Assembly: GCA_963821525.1 (NCBI GenBank) | Contig: CAWGED010000005.1 | Coordinates: 736,001-800,000, forward strand | Origin: an uncultured Gemmatimonadales bacterium | Lineage (GTDB): Bacteria > Gemmatimonadota > Gemmatimonadetes > Gemmatimonadales > GWC2-71-9 | Direction: 5' to 3' | DNA length: 64,000 bases | In this document: piece after piece, positions 1 through 9,884 of the stretch | How positions within the stretch are numbered: the stretch's first letter is position 1 | Layout: every line of letters starts with the position of its first letter | Position numbers and translations under genes: made by a program | The notes under the pieces: generated by a model | Told to the model about the DNA's origin: nothing | The model's input: only the letters and a program-made list of their open reading frames with translations | Database searches by the model: none

Positions 1-1481
1 GGTTCCCCGAGAGCCAGGGCCGTCGGTATCGCCGCGGCGCCGGAGAGCCAGCTCGAGATTCCACTTGGCTTCCTGGTCTCCCGGATCGATCCGCAGGGCT
101 TCCTCATATGCCGCGATCGAGCGGCGCAGATGATCGCCCTGGCCCTCGGCGTCCTCGTCGGCGCGCAGGAATGCATTGCCGAGGTTGAACCAGGTCCACT
201 CCTTGAGGCGGGCGGATCCGCCCTGGGCGGACTGCCAGGACTTGGTGGCATCGAGGTAGTGGCGCATGCGGTACTGGGCATTGCCCGAGTTGTAGCGCAC
301 GGCTGGATTGCCGTCCTGTGCCGCGGCGCGGGAGAAGGCTTGATACGCCTCGTCGAACTTGCCTGCCTCGTAGAGCTGCTCGGCCGGTGATCAGATCCTG
401 GCGACCCTTGCCACAGGTCGTCGTGCCGGCGACCAGCACAATTCCAGCCGCCTTGGCGAGGAGCGCGGGAATCTCCCGACCTGCCTTGCCCGGCAGACCC
501 AGCAGTAGATCGAGACTCAGCAGCAGGACCGCGATCGCGAGGGGCCATTGATAGCGCTCGGTCGGTTCGCTGGCCTGTTGCTCACCCATCATGCGAGCCT
601 GGAGCGATGCGAGAGCGGTGGAGACTCGCTGCAGTGCCTGTGGGTCGTCCCACCGCGCGTAGCCACCGTCGCTCGCCATGGCGATCGCTTTGAGATCGTC
701 CTCGTTGAGGTGGGTGACGACCTGCCGACCGATGTGATCCAGGAACCAGGGACCTACCTCCGAGCCTGAATCGGAAGGCATGCGGGCCCCTTCGGCCGTG
801 CCCACACCGACCGCAAAGACCGGAACCCGGGTTACCCGCAGGGAATCGAAGATCGCGGGAGCGAGCGGCTCAGAGTTTTCACCGTCCGACAATAGGACGA
901 TGGCGCGTGAGCCTGACGGTGTGCCCTCACGACTGAGCGTATGCAGGCCGACCTTGATCGGTGCCGAGAGATCGGTGGCGGGGTCGCCGATCTGATCGGG
1001 CGACGCGGCGCTGAGGAAGAGCTGGAAGGTTCCGAAGTCGGTCGTGGGCGGAAGCTGAAGGAATCCGCCGCCACCGAAAACCACGAGACCGATCCGGTCG
1101 CCAGGGGAAACCGCGGCGAGCTGCCAGGCGAGTTGCTTGGCGCGCTCGAGCCGAGTCTCTCCTACATCTTCGGCCCGCATCGAGCGGGAGAGGTCGAGGG
1201 CCACGATGATGTCGCGGCCAGTTCGCGCGAGCGGCGCCGGGTGCCGTCCCCACTGGGGTCGCGCCAGCGCCAGCACCAACGCCAGTACACCGAGGCCTCG
1301 AAGCCAGGGGCGCAGCCGTCTCTCCGGGAATCGTGGGGACCGAGGAGGTGCGGGCCACGAGCTCCGGTGCGGCGAAATCGGCGAGGGCCTGGCGCCGGGC
1401 GCGAGATCCCCGACGCTCCAAGACGAAGACCAGCGGCGCGGCCAGGGCAACCAGCAAGAGCAGCGGGTGCGCGAAAGTCAT
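1..1481 (-). CDS. BatB-like vWA protein fused to a C-terminal TPR (BatC-like) region; frameshifted, runs off the left edge
   Basis: N-terminus MTFAHPLLLL (ORF 927..1481) shifts to the frame with ALARPQWG, DLSRSM (MIDAS) and LLSDGE (ORF 104..1450). A further shift near 385 gives YNSGNAQY..WFNLGNA..AKWNLELAL TPR motifs open to base 1. Confidence 0.8.
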
Positions 1482-2471
1482 GGCAGCCGCCGGAGCCAGG
1501 TGTTTTCCAGCGCGGCGCCGGAGCAGGTGAGGACCAGCCCCAGGAAGAGCATCCAGGGGAACAGTTCGTGGTACCGCCTGGTCTCATTTACCTCGACCTC
1601 GATCCGTTCCAGCGGATCGATCTCGGCCATGATCCGGTTGAGGCCTTCGGGATCACTCGCGCGGTAGTACTGGCCCCCGGTCCGCGCCGCGAGGGACTTT
1701 AGCGCCGCTTCGTCCCGTCCTTCGAGCCGGGGCGAGAGGGTGCGCACGCTCCACACCCCGTTCAGCCAGGTCTGCGAGGTGTCGCTCGAGCTGAGGCCGA
1801 TCGCGTGCACTCGAATCCCCAGAGCACGAGCCGCTTCGGCGGCCATCGGGGGACTCGGCTCGCCGGTGTTGTTGGCGCCGTCGGTAATGAGCACGATGGT
1901 GCAGGCGCCGGCCGGCAGATTCTTGAGCTGGTTGAGGCTCAGGGCGAGAGCGGTCCCGATCGCGGTGCCGTCGGGCAGCAAGCCGATCTGCACCTGTTCA
2001 ATCAATCGGTCGAGCACGGCAACGTCGGTTGTGAGCGGAGCCTGCAGGTAGGCCCGGCCGGCGAAGATCACGAGGCCAACGAGATCTCCCTGGCGGCGAC
2101 GCACAAACTCACGAACCGTTTCGCGTGCCACGGCGAGGCGGTTGCCCGGCTTAAAGTCCGTCGCCTTCATGCTGCTCGAGATATCGAGCGCCACGATGAT
2201 GTTGCGCGACTTGAGGCGAGTGGGTTCGGCCTTGCCGGCCACTTGGGGACGGGCCAGTGCCACGATCAAGAGGACGAGACCGCTCGCCAGCAACACGGCC
2301 GGCAGCCGGCGCCACTGGACGCGTGCCGATTGCGATTGCGGATGGGAGGAACCGCAAGGCAGGGAAGGCGAGACGGCGGACCGGCAGCCCTCGTCCCGCG
2401 CGCCAGGATCGCCAGACCCAGAGGCATGGCGCCAACAAGGCCAGGAGGAGCAGCGGGTCAGCGAAGCGCAT
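1478..2471 (-). CDS. BatA-like vWA domain protein; one frameshift near 2330
   Basis: ATG at 2471 (MRFADPLLLL) joins ORF 1478..2503 with ALARPQ, DISSSM, GTAIG, LITDG. Confidence 0.85.
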
Positions 2472-3393
2472 CCACCACCTCGAACCGGGCCGATTGATTC
2501 CATTCGGAGAGGAGCCGGCGAGCGGCAGCGAGATGATCCATCGCAGCCTCGCGGTCAGGCCGAACGGCGGCGAAGCGGACCAGGTCTCCCGCCGCAAGCA
2601 GCTGCATCATCCGGGCGGCGCCTTCGGCTTCAGCCACAGTCCGAGGGAGAACCTCGCTCAACTCCGGCGTAGTGAGACTGGCCGTGCCAACCATGCCGGC
2701 GTCTACCAGTGCCGCCCGCAGGATATCCCGTACGTTGGAATACAGCTCAGGTACCCCATCCCCACTGGCTCGCGCTTGTGCCTCCAGCCGATCCAGTTCC
2801 GCCAGGGCCTTGTTGAAGGGCGCTCGTGCCCGGATCGCGGTGACGGTCGTTCCAGACGCTGTTCGCTCCCGACGCGTCGTCCGCACGATCACCAGCACAC
2901 CGGCCAGAACCACCAGCAGAAGAACGATCAGCGGCGCCCAGCGTGGCGGTCCGACGTCGGCCAGCGGGCGAATGTCCTTGAGCTGGGGGCTTCCTGCCGG
3001 CGCCAGACCGGAAACCGTGATCGAGACCGGCTGATGCACCAGGGTATCGATGGGCTGGTCGCTCCTGGGGCGGAACAAGAGCGCCAAGGTCGGCACGGGC
3101 TGGTTGCCGAGCCGGTAGAACGCGAAGCGAACCGTGCCGTGGAAGGTTCCCTCACGATCGGCCCGCAGGGAGTCTCCTCCCAAATATTGAACGCCGTCGG
3201 GTGTAGGAATCAGAGGGCGGGGAACCCGGTCAACCAACTCTTGTCCGGAATCGAGTCGAGCGGTGACGTCCATGATCACCGGATCGCCGAGGAGGACCCT
3301 GCCGGGCCGGATGCTCACGGTCAGCGATTGGGCATGAGCCGTCCCGGCGACACTTCCGGCGAGAATGCCTGCGATCAGCGCTACCCGCAGCAT
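2458..3393 (-). CDS. Single-pass membrane protein of the Bat/MoxR operon
   Basis: Signal peptide, central TM helix, LKDIRP and VRFA motifs; sits between DUF58 and BatA. Confidence 0.75.
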   Translation of the reverse strand: MLRVALIAGILAGSVAGTAHAQSLTVSIRPGRVLLGDPVIMDVTARLDSGQELVDRVPRPLIPTPDGVQYLGGDSLRADREGTFHGTVRFAFYRLGNQPVPTLALLFRPRSDQPIDTLVHQPVSITVSGLAPAGSPQLKDIRPLADVGPPRWAPLIVLLLVVLAGVLVIVRTTRRERTASGTTVTAIRARAPFNKALAELDRLEAQARASGDGVPELYSNVRDILRAALVDAGMVGTASLTTPELSEVLPRTVAEAEGAARMMQLLAAGDLVRFAAVRPDREAAMDHLAAARRLLSEWNQSARFEVVDALR

Positions 3394-3395
3394 GT

Positions 3396-4275
3396 TCAGG
3401 CCGTGCGACGGTCCCGGCGGCCGAAGAAGGCGGCCAGCGGTTCGGAGTAGGGCCGATCGGTTGAGAGCCGCAGCAGGTCGATCCGATTAGCGTGGCAGCG
3501 GCTGCGCCAGGCTCGACTCGAACTCGGCCCACCGATCGTGGAGCTGACGGCGCGTCGCCTCGAGGGAGAGGTCCACAGTCGTCCAGTCCCCGGTCTCGGG
3601 GTCCCATAGAGTAGCGAGGCCAATCGAAGGCAGCGCCCGTTCCCGCGGGTCACTGAGCTGGATCGCTACCACGTCGTGCCGCGGAGCGAGTCGTTCCATG
3701 GCGCCCCATTGGTCGGGATCCATGAAATCCGAAATCACGACGACAGCGGCGCGGCGACGGAGCAGTGGTTCGAGATAGTCGAGCGCGAGCGGCAGGTTGG
3801 TTCCGCGGCCGACCGGCTCGACACCGAGGACCCGGTCCACGATCGTCAGGGCATGGCGCCGGCCGCTCCGGGGCGGTGCGAACCACTCGATGCGATCGGT
3901 ATACAGCACCGCCCCGACCCGGTCACGATGCCGCGTCCCGGCCAACGCCAGGACCGCAGCGAGCTCGGCTGCGAGATCCCGCTTGGTGCGCAGGGCTGAG
4001 CCGAAGTGGCCCGACGCACTCACATCGATCACCAGGAGGACGGTGAGCTGCCGCTCCTCACGAAACCGCTTCACGTAGGGGACGCCGAGTCGCGCCGTGA
4101 CGTTCCAGTCGATCGTGCGAATGTCGTCTCCCGCCATGTACTCTCGCACTTCGGCGAACTCCACCCCACGTCCGCGGAACACACTCGCGTAGTCGCCAGC
4201 GGCGAGACTCCGGACCAGGCCGCGAGTCGTGATTTCCAGCTGGCGTACGACGCGTACGAGTTCCGCAGGGATCAC
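3396..4275 (-). CDS. DUF58 protein; frameshift near 3500
   Basis: FRGRGVEFAEVREY..IDWNVTAR, VISDF; C-terminus IDLLRLSTDRPY..FF lies in the next frame. Confidence 0.9.
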
Positions 4276-5297
4276 CGGACCGGCACCGCTTCGAGAATCC
4301 GATCCAGGATCTGATCGGTTGACACGCCTTCGGCTTCGGCCCGGTAGGTGGGAATGAGCCGGTGCCGGAGGGTGTCGTGAGTCATCTGCTTCACATCCTC
4401 GGGGAGCACATAGGCTCGGCCGGCGAGGAAGGCGTGGGCCTTGGCCGCCTTGAGCAGGTGAATCCCTGCCCGGGGCGAGGCGCCGAACTGCACCAGCGTC
4501 TCCAGATCCTTGAGCCCGATCGAGGCGGGTGCCCGGGTCGCGGCCATGAGATCGAGCACGTACTCCTTGATTCGCTCGTCCACGTGCATGGCCCTTACTT
4601 CCGCGCGGGCTGAGAGGACGCGGGCGGGATCGAGTACCGCGTTCGCCGTCGGCTCGGGGCCATCAGTCATGCGATCGAGAATGCCGCGCTCCTCGGCCCG
4701 ACTGGGATATCCCACCAACAGCTTGAAGAGGAAACGGTCCACCTGCGCCTCGGGCAGGGGATACGTGCCCTCGTGCTCCAGCGGGTTCTGGGTCGCGAGG
4801 ACCACGAAGAGCTCGGGGAGGGGGTAGGACTCTCCACCGATTGTCACCTGCCGTTCCTGCATCGCTTCGAGGAGGGCACTCTGCACCTTGGCGGGTGCAC
4901 GATTCACCTCATCGGCGAGGAGGACGTTGGTGAATACCGGGCCCTTCTGGACCGTGAAGTCGCCGGACTTCTGATTGTAGACCAGTGTGCCAATGAGGTC
5001 GGCTGGCAAGAGGTCCGGTGTGAACTGGACCCGGCGGGATTCGCTGCGGATCGTGGCCGCGAGGGAACGGGCTGCCAGAGTCTTGGCCAGCCCCGGAAGA
5101 CCCTCGAGGAGGAGATGGCCGTCGGCCAGGATCCCGATCATGAGCCGCTCGAGCAGCACCTTCTGTCCAACGATGACCCGGCCGATCTCGTCCAATGCGG
5201 CGCGGAAGGGTTGGCTCAGCGCCTCGATTTCCGGTCCGCGTTCCAACGCGGAGCCGGTGCGGAAACGTTCCAGGGTACTCGACTCCGGATTCATCAT
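4272..5297 (-). CDS. moxR: MoxR family AAA+ ATPase
   Basis: EGLPGLAKT, QFTPDLLPAD, LADEVNRAPAKVQSALLEAM, ATQNPLE; start inferred at MMNPES. Confidence 0.95.
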   Translation of the reverse strand: MMNPESSTLERFRTGSALERGPEIEALSQPFRAALDEIGRVIVGQKVLLERLMIGILADGHLLLEGLPGLAKTLAARSLAATIRSESRRVQFTPDLLPADLIGTLVYNQKSGDFTVQKGPVFTNVLLADEVNRAPAKVQSALLEAMQERQVTIGGESYPLPELFVVLATQNPLEHEGTYPLPEAQVDRFLFKLLVGYPSRAEERGILDRMTDGPEPTANAVLDPARVLSARAEVRAMHVDERIKEYVLDLMAATRAPASIGLKDLETLVQFGASPRAGIHLLKAAKAHAFLAGRAYVLPEDVKQMTHDTLRHRLIPTYRAEAEGVSTDQILDRILEAVPVR

Positions 5298-5357
5298 CGG
5301 TCCAAGGCCGCGAGAGTGTGAAGTGGGAATATACGCGGTATGTTTTGCCCCGAACCC

Positions 5358-6110
5358 ATGAGTCACGATCCGGCCTCCACCGACCAGCCTCACGGCTTCC
5401 CGCTGACTCGCGATTCGGTACTCGTCGAGCTCAGGAGCGAAGACCGGGAGAAACGGGAGCGGGCGTGGGAATCGCTGGCCGCAGCATACTGGCGCCCGGT
5501 GTATTGCCATATCCGCTTGCGGTGGAATGCCTCACGGGAAGATGCGCAGGACCTGACCCAGGACTTCTTTCTGCGTGCCTTGGGTGGAAACTTTTTCGAG
5601 GGATACGATCCGGGGCGAGCACGGTTCCGTACCTTCCTTCGAACCTGTCTGGATCGGTTCCTCAGCAATGAACAGCGAAACGCCGGCCGCGAGAAGCGAG
5701 GCGGCGGCATCATTTTCCTCCCGATTGATGTCGGAGAGATCGAAGCGGATCTCCTCGCGAACGGCGATCCGGAGCCCGATCCGGACCAGACCTTTCACCG
5801 GGAGTGGATTCGCAGTCTGTTCATTCTCGCGGTGGACGCGTTGCGCGCCGAGTGTGCCACGGCGGGAAAGGAAGTGCAGTTCTCGATATTCGAGCGGGCC
5901 GACCTGCTGCCCGTCGAGGGCGTCGAGCGGCCGAGTTATCGTGACCTCGCCGAAGAATTCAAGCTTCCCGTGACCCAAGTGACCAACTACCTCGCGTTTG
6001 CCCGCAGGGAGTTCCGAAGATTGGCGCTGGAGCGTCTGGCCTCGTTGTGCGGCAGCGAGGAGGAATACCAGGCGGAGGCCCGCGAACTCTTCGGGATCGC
6101 ATCGCCATGA
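5358..6110 (+). CDS. ECF sigma factor of the kinase-associated type
   Basis: FPLTRDSVL, YWRPVY, DAQDLTQDFF, RFRTFL, REKRGG, region-4 HTH; stop overlaps the kinase start (ATGA). Confidence 0.85.
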   Translation: MSHDPASTDQPHGFPLTRDSVLVELRSEDREKRERAWESLAAAYWRPVYCHIRLRWNASREDAQDLTQDFFLRALGGNFFEGYDPGRARFRTFLRTCLDRFLSNEQRNAGREKRGGGIIFLPIDVGEIEADLLANGDPEPDPDQTFHREWIRSLFILAVDALRAECATAGKEVQFSIFERADLLPVEGVERPSYRDLAEEFKLPVTQVTNYLAFARREFRRLALERLASLCGSEEEYQAEARELFGIASP

Positions 6111-7129
6111 CCCGGATCTCTGACGCGGCGCTGGAACACCTGCGCGATGTGGCGGAGTGGCCGGAGCTCACCGGCAACCGCTATGAGATTACTGGCGCGC
6201 TGGGGCAGGGCGGCATGGGGACGGTGTTCCTGGCCCGCGATCGCGAGCTGGAGAGAGAGGTGGCGCTCAAAGTTCTGCGCGCGGCGGCCTCTACTCCGGA
6301 CACGGCCCTGCGACTCCGGCGTGAGGCTCGCATTCTCGCGCAGTTAGAGCATCCGGGCATCGTGCCGGTTCACGATGTCGGCCGGCTGCCCGATGGGCGG
6401 GTCTACTATGTGATGAAGCTGGTCCGCGGCGTCCGGCTCGATCAGTATGCCCGTGCCGCGGTGCTCACCGATCTGCTTCGGCTGTTTCTCCGAATCTGCG
6501 AGACGATTGGCTTCGCCCATGCGCAGGGCGTGGTACACCGGGATTTGAAGCCAGGGAACATCATGGTGGGGGCGTTTGGGGAAGTGTTGGTAATGGATTG
6601 GGGGATCGCGAAGGTGGGGGGAGAGGCGGGAAGGCGGGAGGGCGGGAAGGCGGAAGGACATGCCGCGGACGAGGCGGACAGGCTTGCCCCGAGCGGAAGC
6701 GAGGGGACGGACAATGCGGATACCGCTCCGGGCACCGTACTCGGCACGCCGGGATTCATGTCCCCTGAGCAGGAGAGGGGAGACGTCGAGCAGATCGATG
6801 CCCGGAGCGATGTGTATAGCCTCGGTGCGGTGCTCCGGCTTCTCGTCACTGGATCGGAGGGACAGCTCGCGAGACTGGAGGCGCCGCTTCGGCCTCTGCG
6901 AGCGATCTGGCGGAAGGCGATGGCCCCTATCCCCGGCGATCGGTACCCCTCCGCTCAGGCCCTGGCCGAAGACGTCGCCCGTTATCTCGACGCCCAGCCA
7001 GTCGGAGCCTACGAGGAGCCGCTGCTGGAGAAAGGGCGTCGCATCGTTGCCAAGTATCAGACGCCGATCCTGTTGGTGCTGGCCTATTTGGCCATGAGGA
7101 TTTTGTTCCTGGTGACGCGGGGGATGTGA
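6107..7129 (+). CDS. Hanks-type Ser/Thr protein kinase with a C-terminal TM helix
   Basis: GQGGMG, VALK, HRDLKPGN, DWG, GTPGFMSPEQ, SDVYSLG. Confidence 0.95.
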   Translation: MTRISDAALEHLRDVAEWPELTGNRYEITGALGQGGMGTVFLARDRELEREVALKVLRAAASTPDTALRLRREARILAQLEHPGIVPVHDVGRLPDGRVYYVMKLVRGVRLDQYARAAVLTDLLRLFLRICETIGFAHAQGVVHRDLKPGNIMVGAFGEVLVMDWGIAKVGGEAGRREGGKAEGHAADEADRLAPSGSEGTDNADTAPGTVLGTPGFMSPEQERGDVEQIDARSDVYSLGAVLRLLVTGSEGQLARLEAPLRPLRAIWRKAMAPIPGDRYPSAQALAEDVARYLDAQPVGAYEEPLLEKGRRIVAKYQTPILLVLAYLAMRILFLVTRGM

Positions 7130-7132
7130 GGG

Positions 7133-7190
7133 GGCGGAAGACGGAATGGCGGAATGGCGGGAGGGCGGACAAGACGGACGAGGCGGACGT
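7133..7190. repeat. Degenerate 8-mer tandem repeat (GGCGGAAT-like)
   Basis: ggcggaag acggaat ggcggaat ggcgggag ggcggaca agacggac gaggcggac. Confidence 0.7.
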
Positions 7191-7264
7191 TTAAAGGTTC
7201 TGGCTCTGACGGGTAATAGAAGAATGCGGCTGGTAAAGCTTGGCCAACCACAAGGAGAATCACC

Positions 7265-7630
7265 ATGAACAAGCCGGTGCTGGGTCTGGTCCTGGGAGGC
7301 GTTTTGGGTGCACTCGACGGGCTAACGGCCTTGGTCTCGGCGCCCGAGGTGGCTCCTCAGATCGTGGGGATCGTGATCGGGTCGATGGGGAAAGGACTGG
7401 TGGCGGGTCTACTGATCGGATGGATCGCCCGGAAGCTTCATTCGCTCCCGCTTGCTCTTCTCATCGGCTTGGGGATCGGTGCGCTCCTCGCACTGCCGTT
7501 CGCCTTGGGGACCGATCCCACCACCGGCAAGCGTTACTTCTGGGAGATCATGATTCCCGGCTCGATTGTGGGACTCATGGTGGGATACGCCACCCAGAAA
7601 TTTGGCCGGCCGGCCGCGCAGAGCGCCTGA
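7265..7630 (+). CDS. Small multi-pass membrane protein, unknown function
   Basis: AAGGAG SD upstream; 121 aa with about 4 hydrophobic segments. Confidence 0.85.
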   Translation: MNKPVLGLVLGGVLGALDGLTALVSAPEVAPQIVGIVIGSMGKGLVAGLLIGWIARKLHSLPLALLIGLGIGALLALPFALGTDPTTGKRYFWEIMIPGSIVGLMVGYATQKFGRPAAQSA

Positions 7631-7666
7631 TCGTCACAGCTTCCAACCCGTCGAGAGGAGCAACTC

Positions 7667-8031
7667 ATGCCGCGTCCCATTCACTTCGAGATTCCCGCCG
7701 ACAATCCGGAGCGGGCCATCGGTTTCTACAAAGGCGTGTTCGGATGGACCTTCCAGAAATGGGATGGGCCGATGCCCTACTGGATGGTGCTGACGGGCGA
7801 GAACACACCCGGGATCGACGGCGGCATCCATCCGCGAGCGCACCCGGGGCAGGGCCCGGTCAACACAGTGGATGTGCCTTCGTGCGATGACTTCGCGAAG
7901 CGGGTAGAGAAGGCGGGGGAAAGATCGTCGTTCCCAAGATGGCGATCCCGGGGATCGGCTGGCTGGCCTACTGTAGCGATCCGGAGGGGAACACCTTCGG
8001 GATCCTGCAGGCGGACGACAAGGCGGCCTGA
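7667..8031 (+). CDS. VOC/glyoxalase family protein; frameshift in the G-run near 7915
   Basis: HFEIPADNPERA..FY..VFGW, GIDGG; continues in the shifted frame KIVVPKMAIPGIGWLAYCSDPEGNTFGI to TGA at 8029-8031. Confidence 0.85.
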
Positions 8032-8041
8032 GGCGCGACGC

Positions 8042-9139
8042 TCAGCTGGAGAAACGGAACAGCATCACGTCGCCGTCCTGGACCACGTACTCACGGCCTT
8101 CGGCGCGGGCGAGACCCTGCTCCCGGGCGGGCTTCCACCCTCCGATGCGGACGAAAACGTCGTAGGCGACGGTTTCGGCCCGGATAAAGCCCTTCTCGAA
8201 ATCGGAGTGGATTACGCCCGCGGCCTGGGGCGCCTTGTCCCCGCGGTGGATGGTCCAGGCGCGCACTTCCTTCTCTCCGGCGGTGAAATAGCTCTGCAAG
8301 CCGAGCAGGTGATAAGCGGCCTTGGCGAGACGATCCAGGCCCGACTCGGTGACGCCGAGTGAGGAGAGGAATTCGCCGCGATCGGCTTGGGGAAGCTCGC
8401 TGAGCTCCGCTTCCACCTTGCCGGAAAAGACGACCAGGTCGGCCTCTTCACCCTCTTTGTTGATGGCGGCCTGGAGTGCTGCCACGTGGCGGTTGCCGGC
8501 CGCGATCTCATTCTCGAGCACGTTGGCGGCGTAGAGCACCGGCTTCGCGGTGAGGAGATTGAACGACCGATAGGTCGGGGCCTCCTCCTCGGTGGGTACC
8601 ACGGTGCGTGCGGAGCGGCCCTCGGCGAGTGCGGCCTGCAACTGCTGCAGGAGGCGCGACTCGATCTTCGCCTGGGGGTCGCCTGACTTGGCGGCCCGGC
8701 TCGCCTTGTCGAGACGCTTCTCGACGCCGGCCAGGTCGGCAAGGCCAAGCTCAATGCCGATGATTTCCCGGTCGCGGACGGGGTCCACGCTGCCGGTCAC
8801 GTGCTGCACGTCGGGATCGTCGAAGCAGCGAATCACGTGGACGATCGCGTCTACCTCGCGAATGTTCGCGAGGAACTGGTTCCCCAGCCCTTCCCCCTGG
8901 CTCGCCCCCTTCACCAGTCCGGCGATATCCAGGAACTCGACCACCGCAGGGATCGACTTCTGCGGCTTCACGATGTCGGCGAGGGTATCGAGGCGAGGAT
9001 CGGGGACGGTGACGACCCCGGTGTTCGGTTCAATGGTCGCGAACGGATAGTTCGCCACCAGGGCACCCGCACTGGTCAGGGCATTGAAGAGGGTGGACTT
9101 GCCGACGTTGGGTAGACCAACAATTCCTAGTCTGAGCAT
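8042..9139 (-). CDS. ychF: Redox-regulated ATPase YchF
   Basis: GIVGLPNVGKST, ANYPFATIEPN, DIAGLV, HSDFEKGFIRAE. Confidence 0.98.
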   Translation of the reverse strand: MLRLGIVGLPNVGKSTLFNALTSAGALVANYPFATIEPNTGVVTVPDPRLDTLADIVKPQKSIPAVVEFLDIAGLVKGASQGEGLGNQFLANIREVDAIVHVIRCFDDPDVQHVTGSVDPVRDREIIGIELGLADLAGVEKRLDKASRAAKSGDPQAKIESRLLQQLQAALAEGRSARTVVPTEEEAPTYRSFNLLTAKPVLYAANVLENEIAAGNRHVAALQAAINKEGEEADLVVFSGKVEAELSELPQADRGEFLSSLGVTESGLDRLAKAAYHLLGLQSYFTAGEKEVRAWTIHRGDKAPQAAGVIHSDFEKGFIRAETVAYDVFVRIGGWKPAREQGLARAEGREYVVQDGDVMLFRFSS

Positions 9140-9170
9140 GCTATTGGCTGGCGGTTAACGGCTTCCCGTC

Positions 9171-9285
9171 GATTTCAGATTAAAGATTTCAGATTGAACT
9201 GCAGCTATTAGCGAAATTAGCTATTAGCTATTGGCCATTGGCTAACAGCTGACGGCTAATAGCTAATTGCTAACAGCTAATAGCT
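9171..9285. repeat. Heptamer tandem repeats (GATTTCA-like; then GCTATTA/GCTAATA in inverted arrangement)
   Basis: gatttca gattaaa gatttca; gctatta..gctattagctattgg / gctaacagctgacggctaatagctaattgctaacagctaatagc. Confidence 0.8.
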
Positions 9286-9305
9286 CTTGACTTACCGCCT
9301 AAGGC

Positions 9306-9881
9306 TTACGGCTTCAGACTATTAAACCGATTCATCGCCGCCTCGATCCCCTCCAGCACCCAACACTCCACTGCCTCGCACATCGGATCGAGCAACTCGT
9401 TCAGGGCAGAGCGCTCTTCCTTACTGAACTGGTCGAGCACGTAGTCCGCCAGACCTTCCTGCTCCGGTGGAACCGGCCCTACCCCAATCCGGAGCCGAGG
9501 GTATTCCGGGGAGCGGAGGGCGCCTTCGATGCTCTTGAGGCCGTTGTGGCCGCCGGCGGAACCGCCGGGGCGAAGGCGGAAGCGGCCGATCGGGAGGGCC
9601 ACGTCGTCCACCACGATCAGCAGCTCCTTGGCGGGATCGAAGCCGGATAGCGAACGGAGCGAGGCCAGGGCGGCCCCGCTCCGGTTCATGTAGGTCTGCG
9701 GCTTGATCAGCCTGACGTCGGTTCCTTCGACGTTGCCCTGGGTTTCGCGTGCCGCGGGAACCCGGCGAAAGGCGGGGAAGCGCCAGCGCGCCGCCAACCG
9801 GTCCGCCAGAAGAAACCCGGCGTTGTGCCGGGTATTCTCGTACTCGGGGCCCGGATTCCCCAGGCCCATGATGACCCGCAG
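9306..9881 (-). CDS. pth: Peptidyl-tRNA hydrolase; probable CTG start
   Basis: GLGNPG..TRHNAGF, KPQTYMN, GGHNGLKSI, RLRIGVG; N-terminal strand LRVIM begins at CTG 9881. Confidence 0.97.
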   Translation of the reverse strand: MRVIMGLGNPGPEYENTRHNAGFLLADRLAARWRFPAFRRVPAARETQGNVEGTDVRLIKPQTYMNRSGAALASLRSLSGFDPAKELLIVVDDVALPIGRFRLRPGGSAGGHNGLKSIEGALRSPEYPRLRIGVGPVPPEQEGLADYVLDQFSKEERSALNELLDPMCEAVECWVLEGIEAAMNRFNSLKP

Positions 9882-9884
9882 GGT

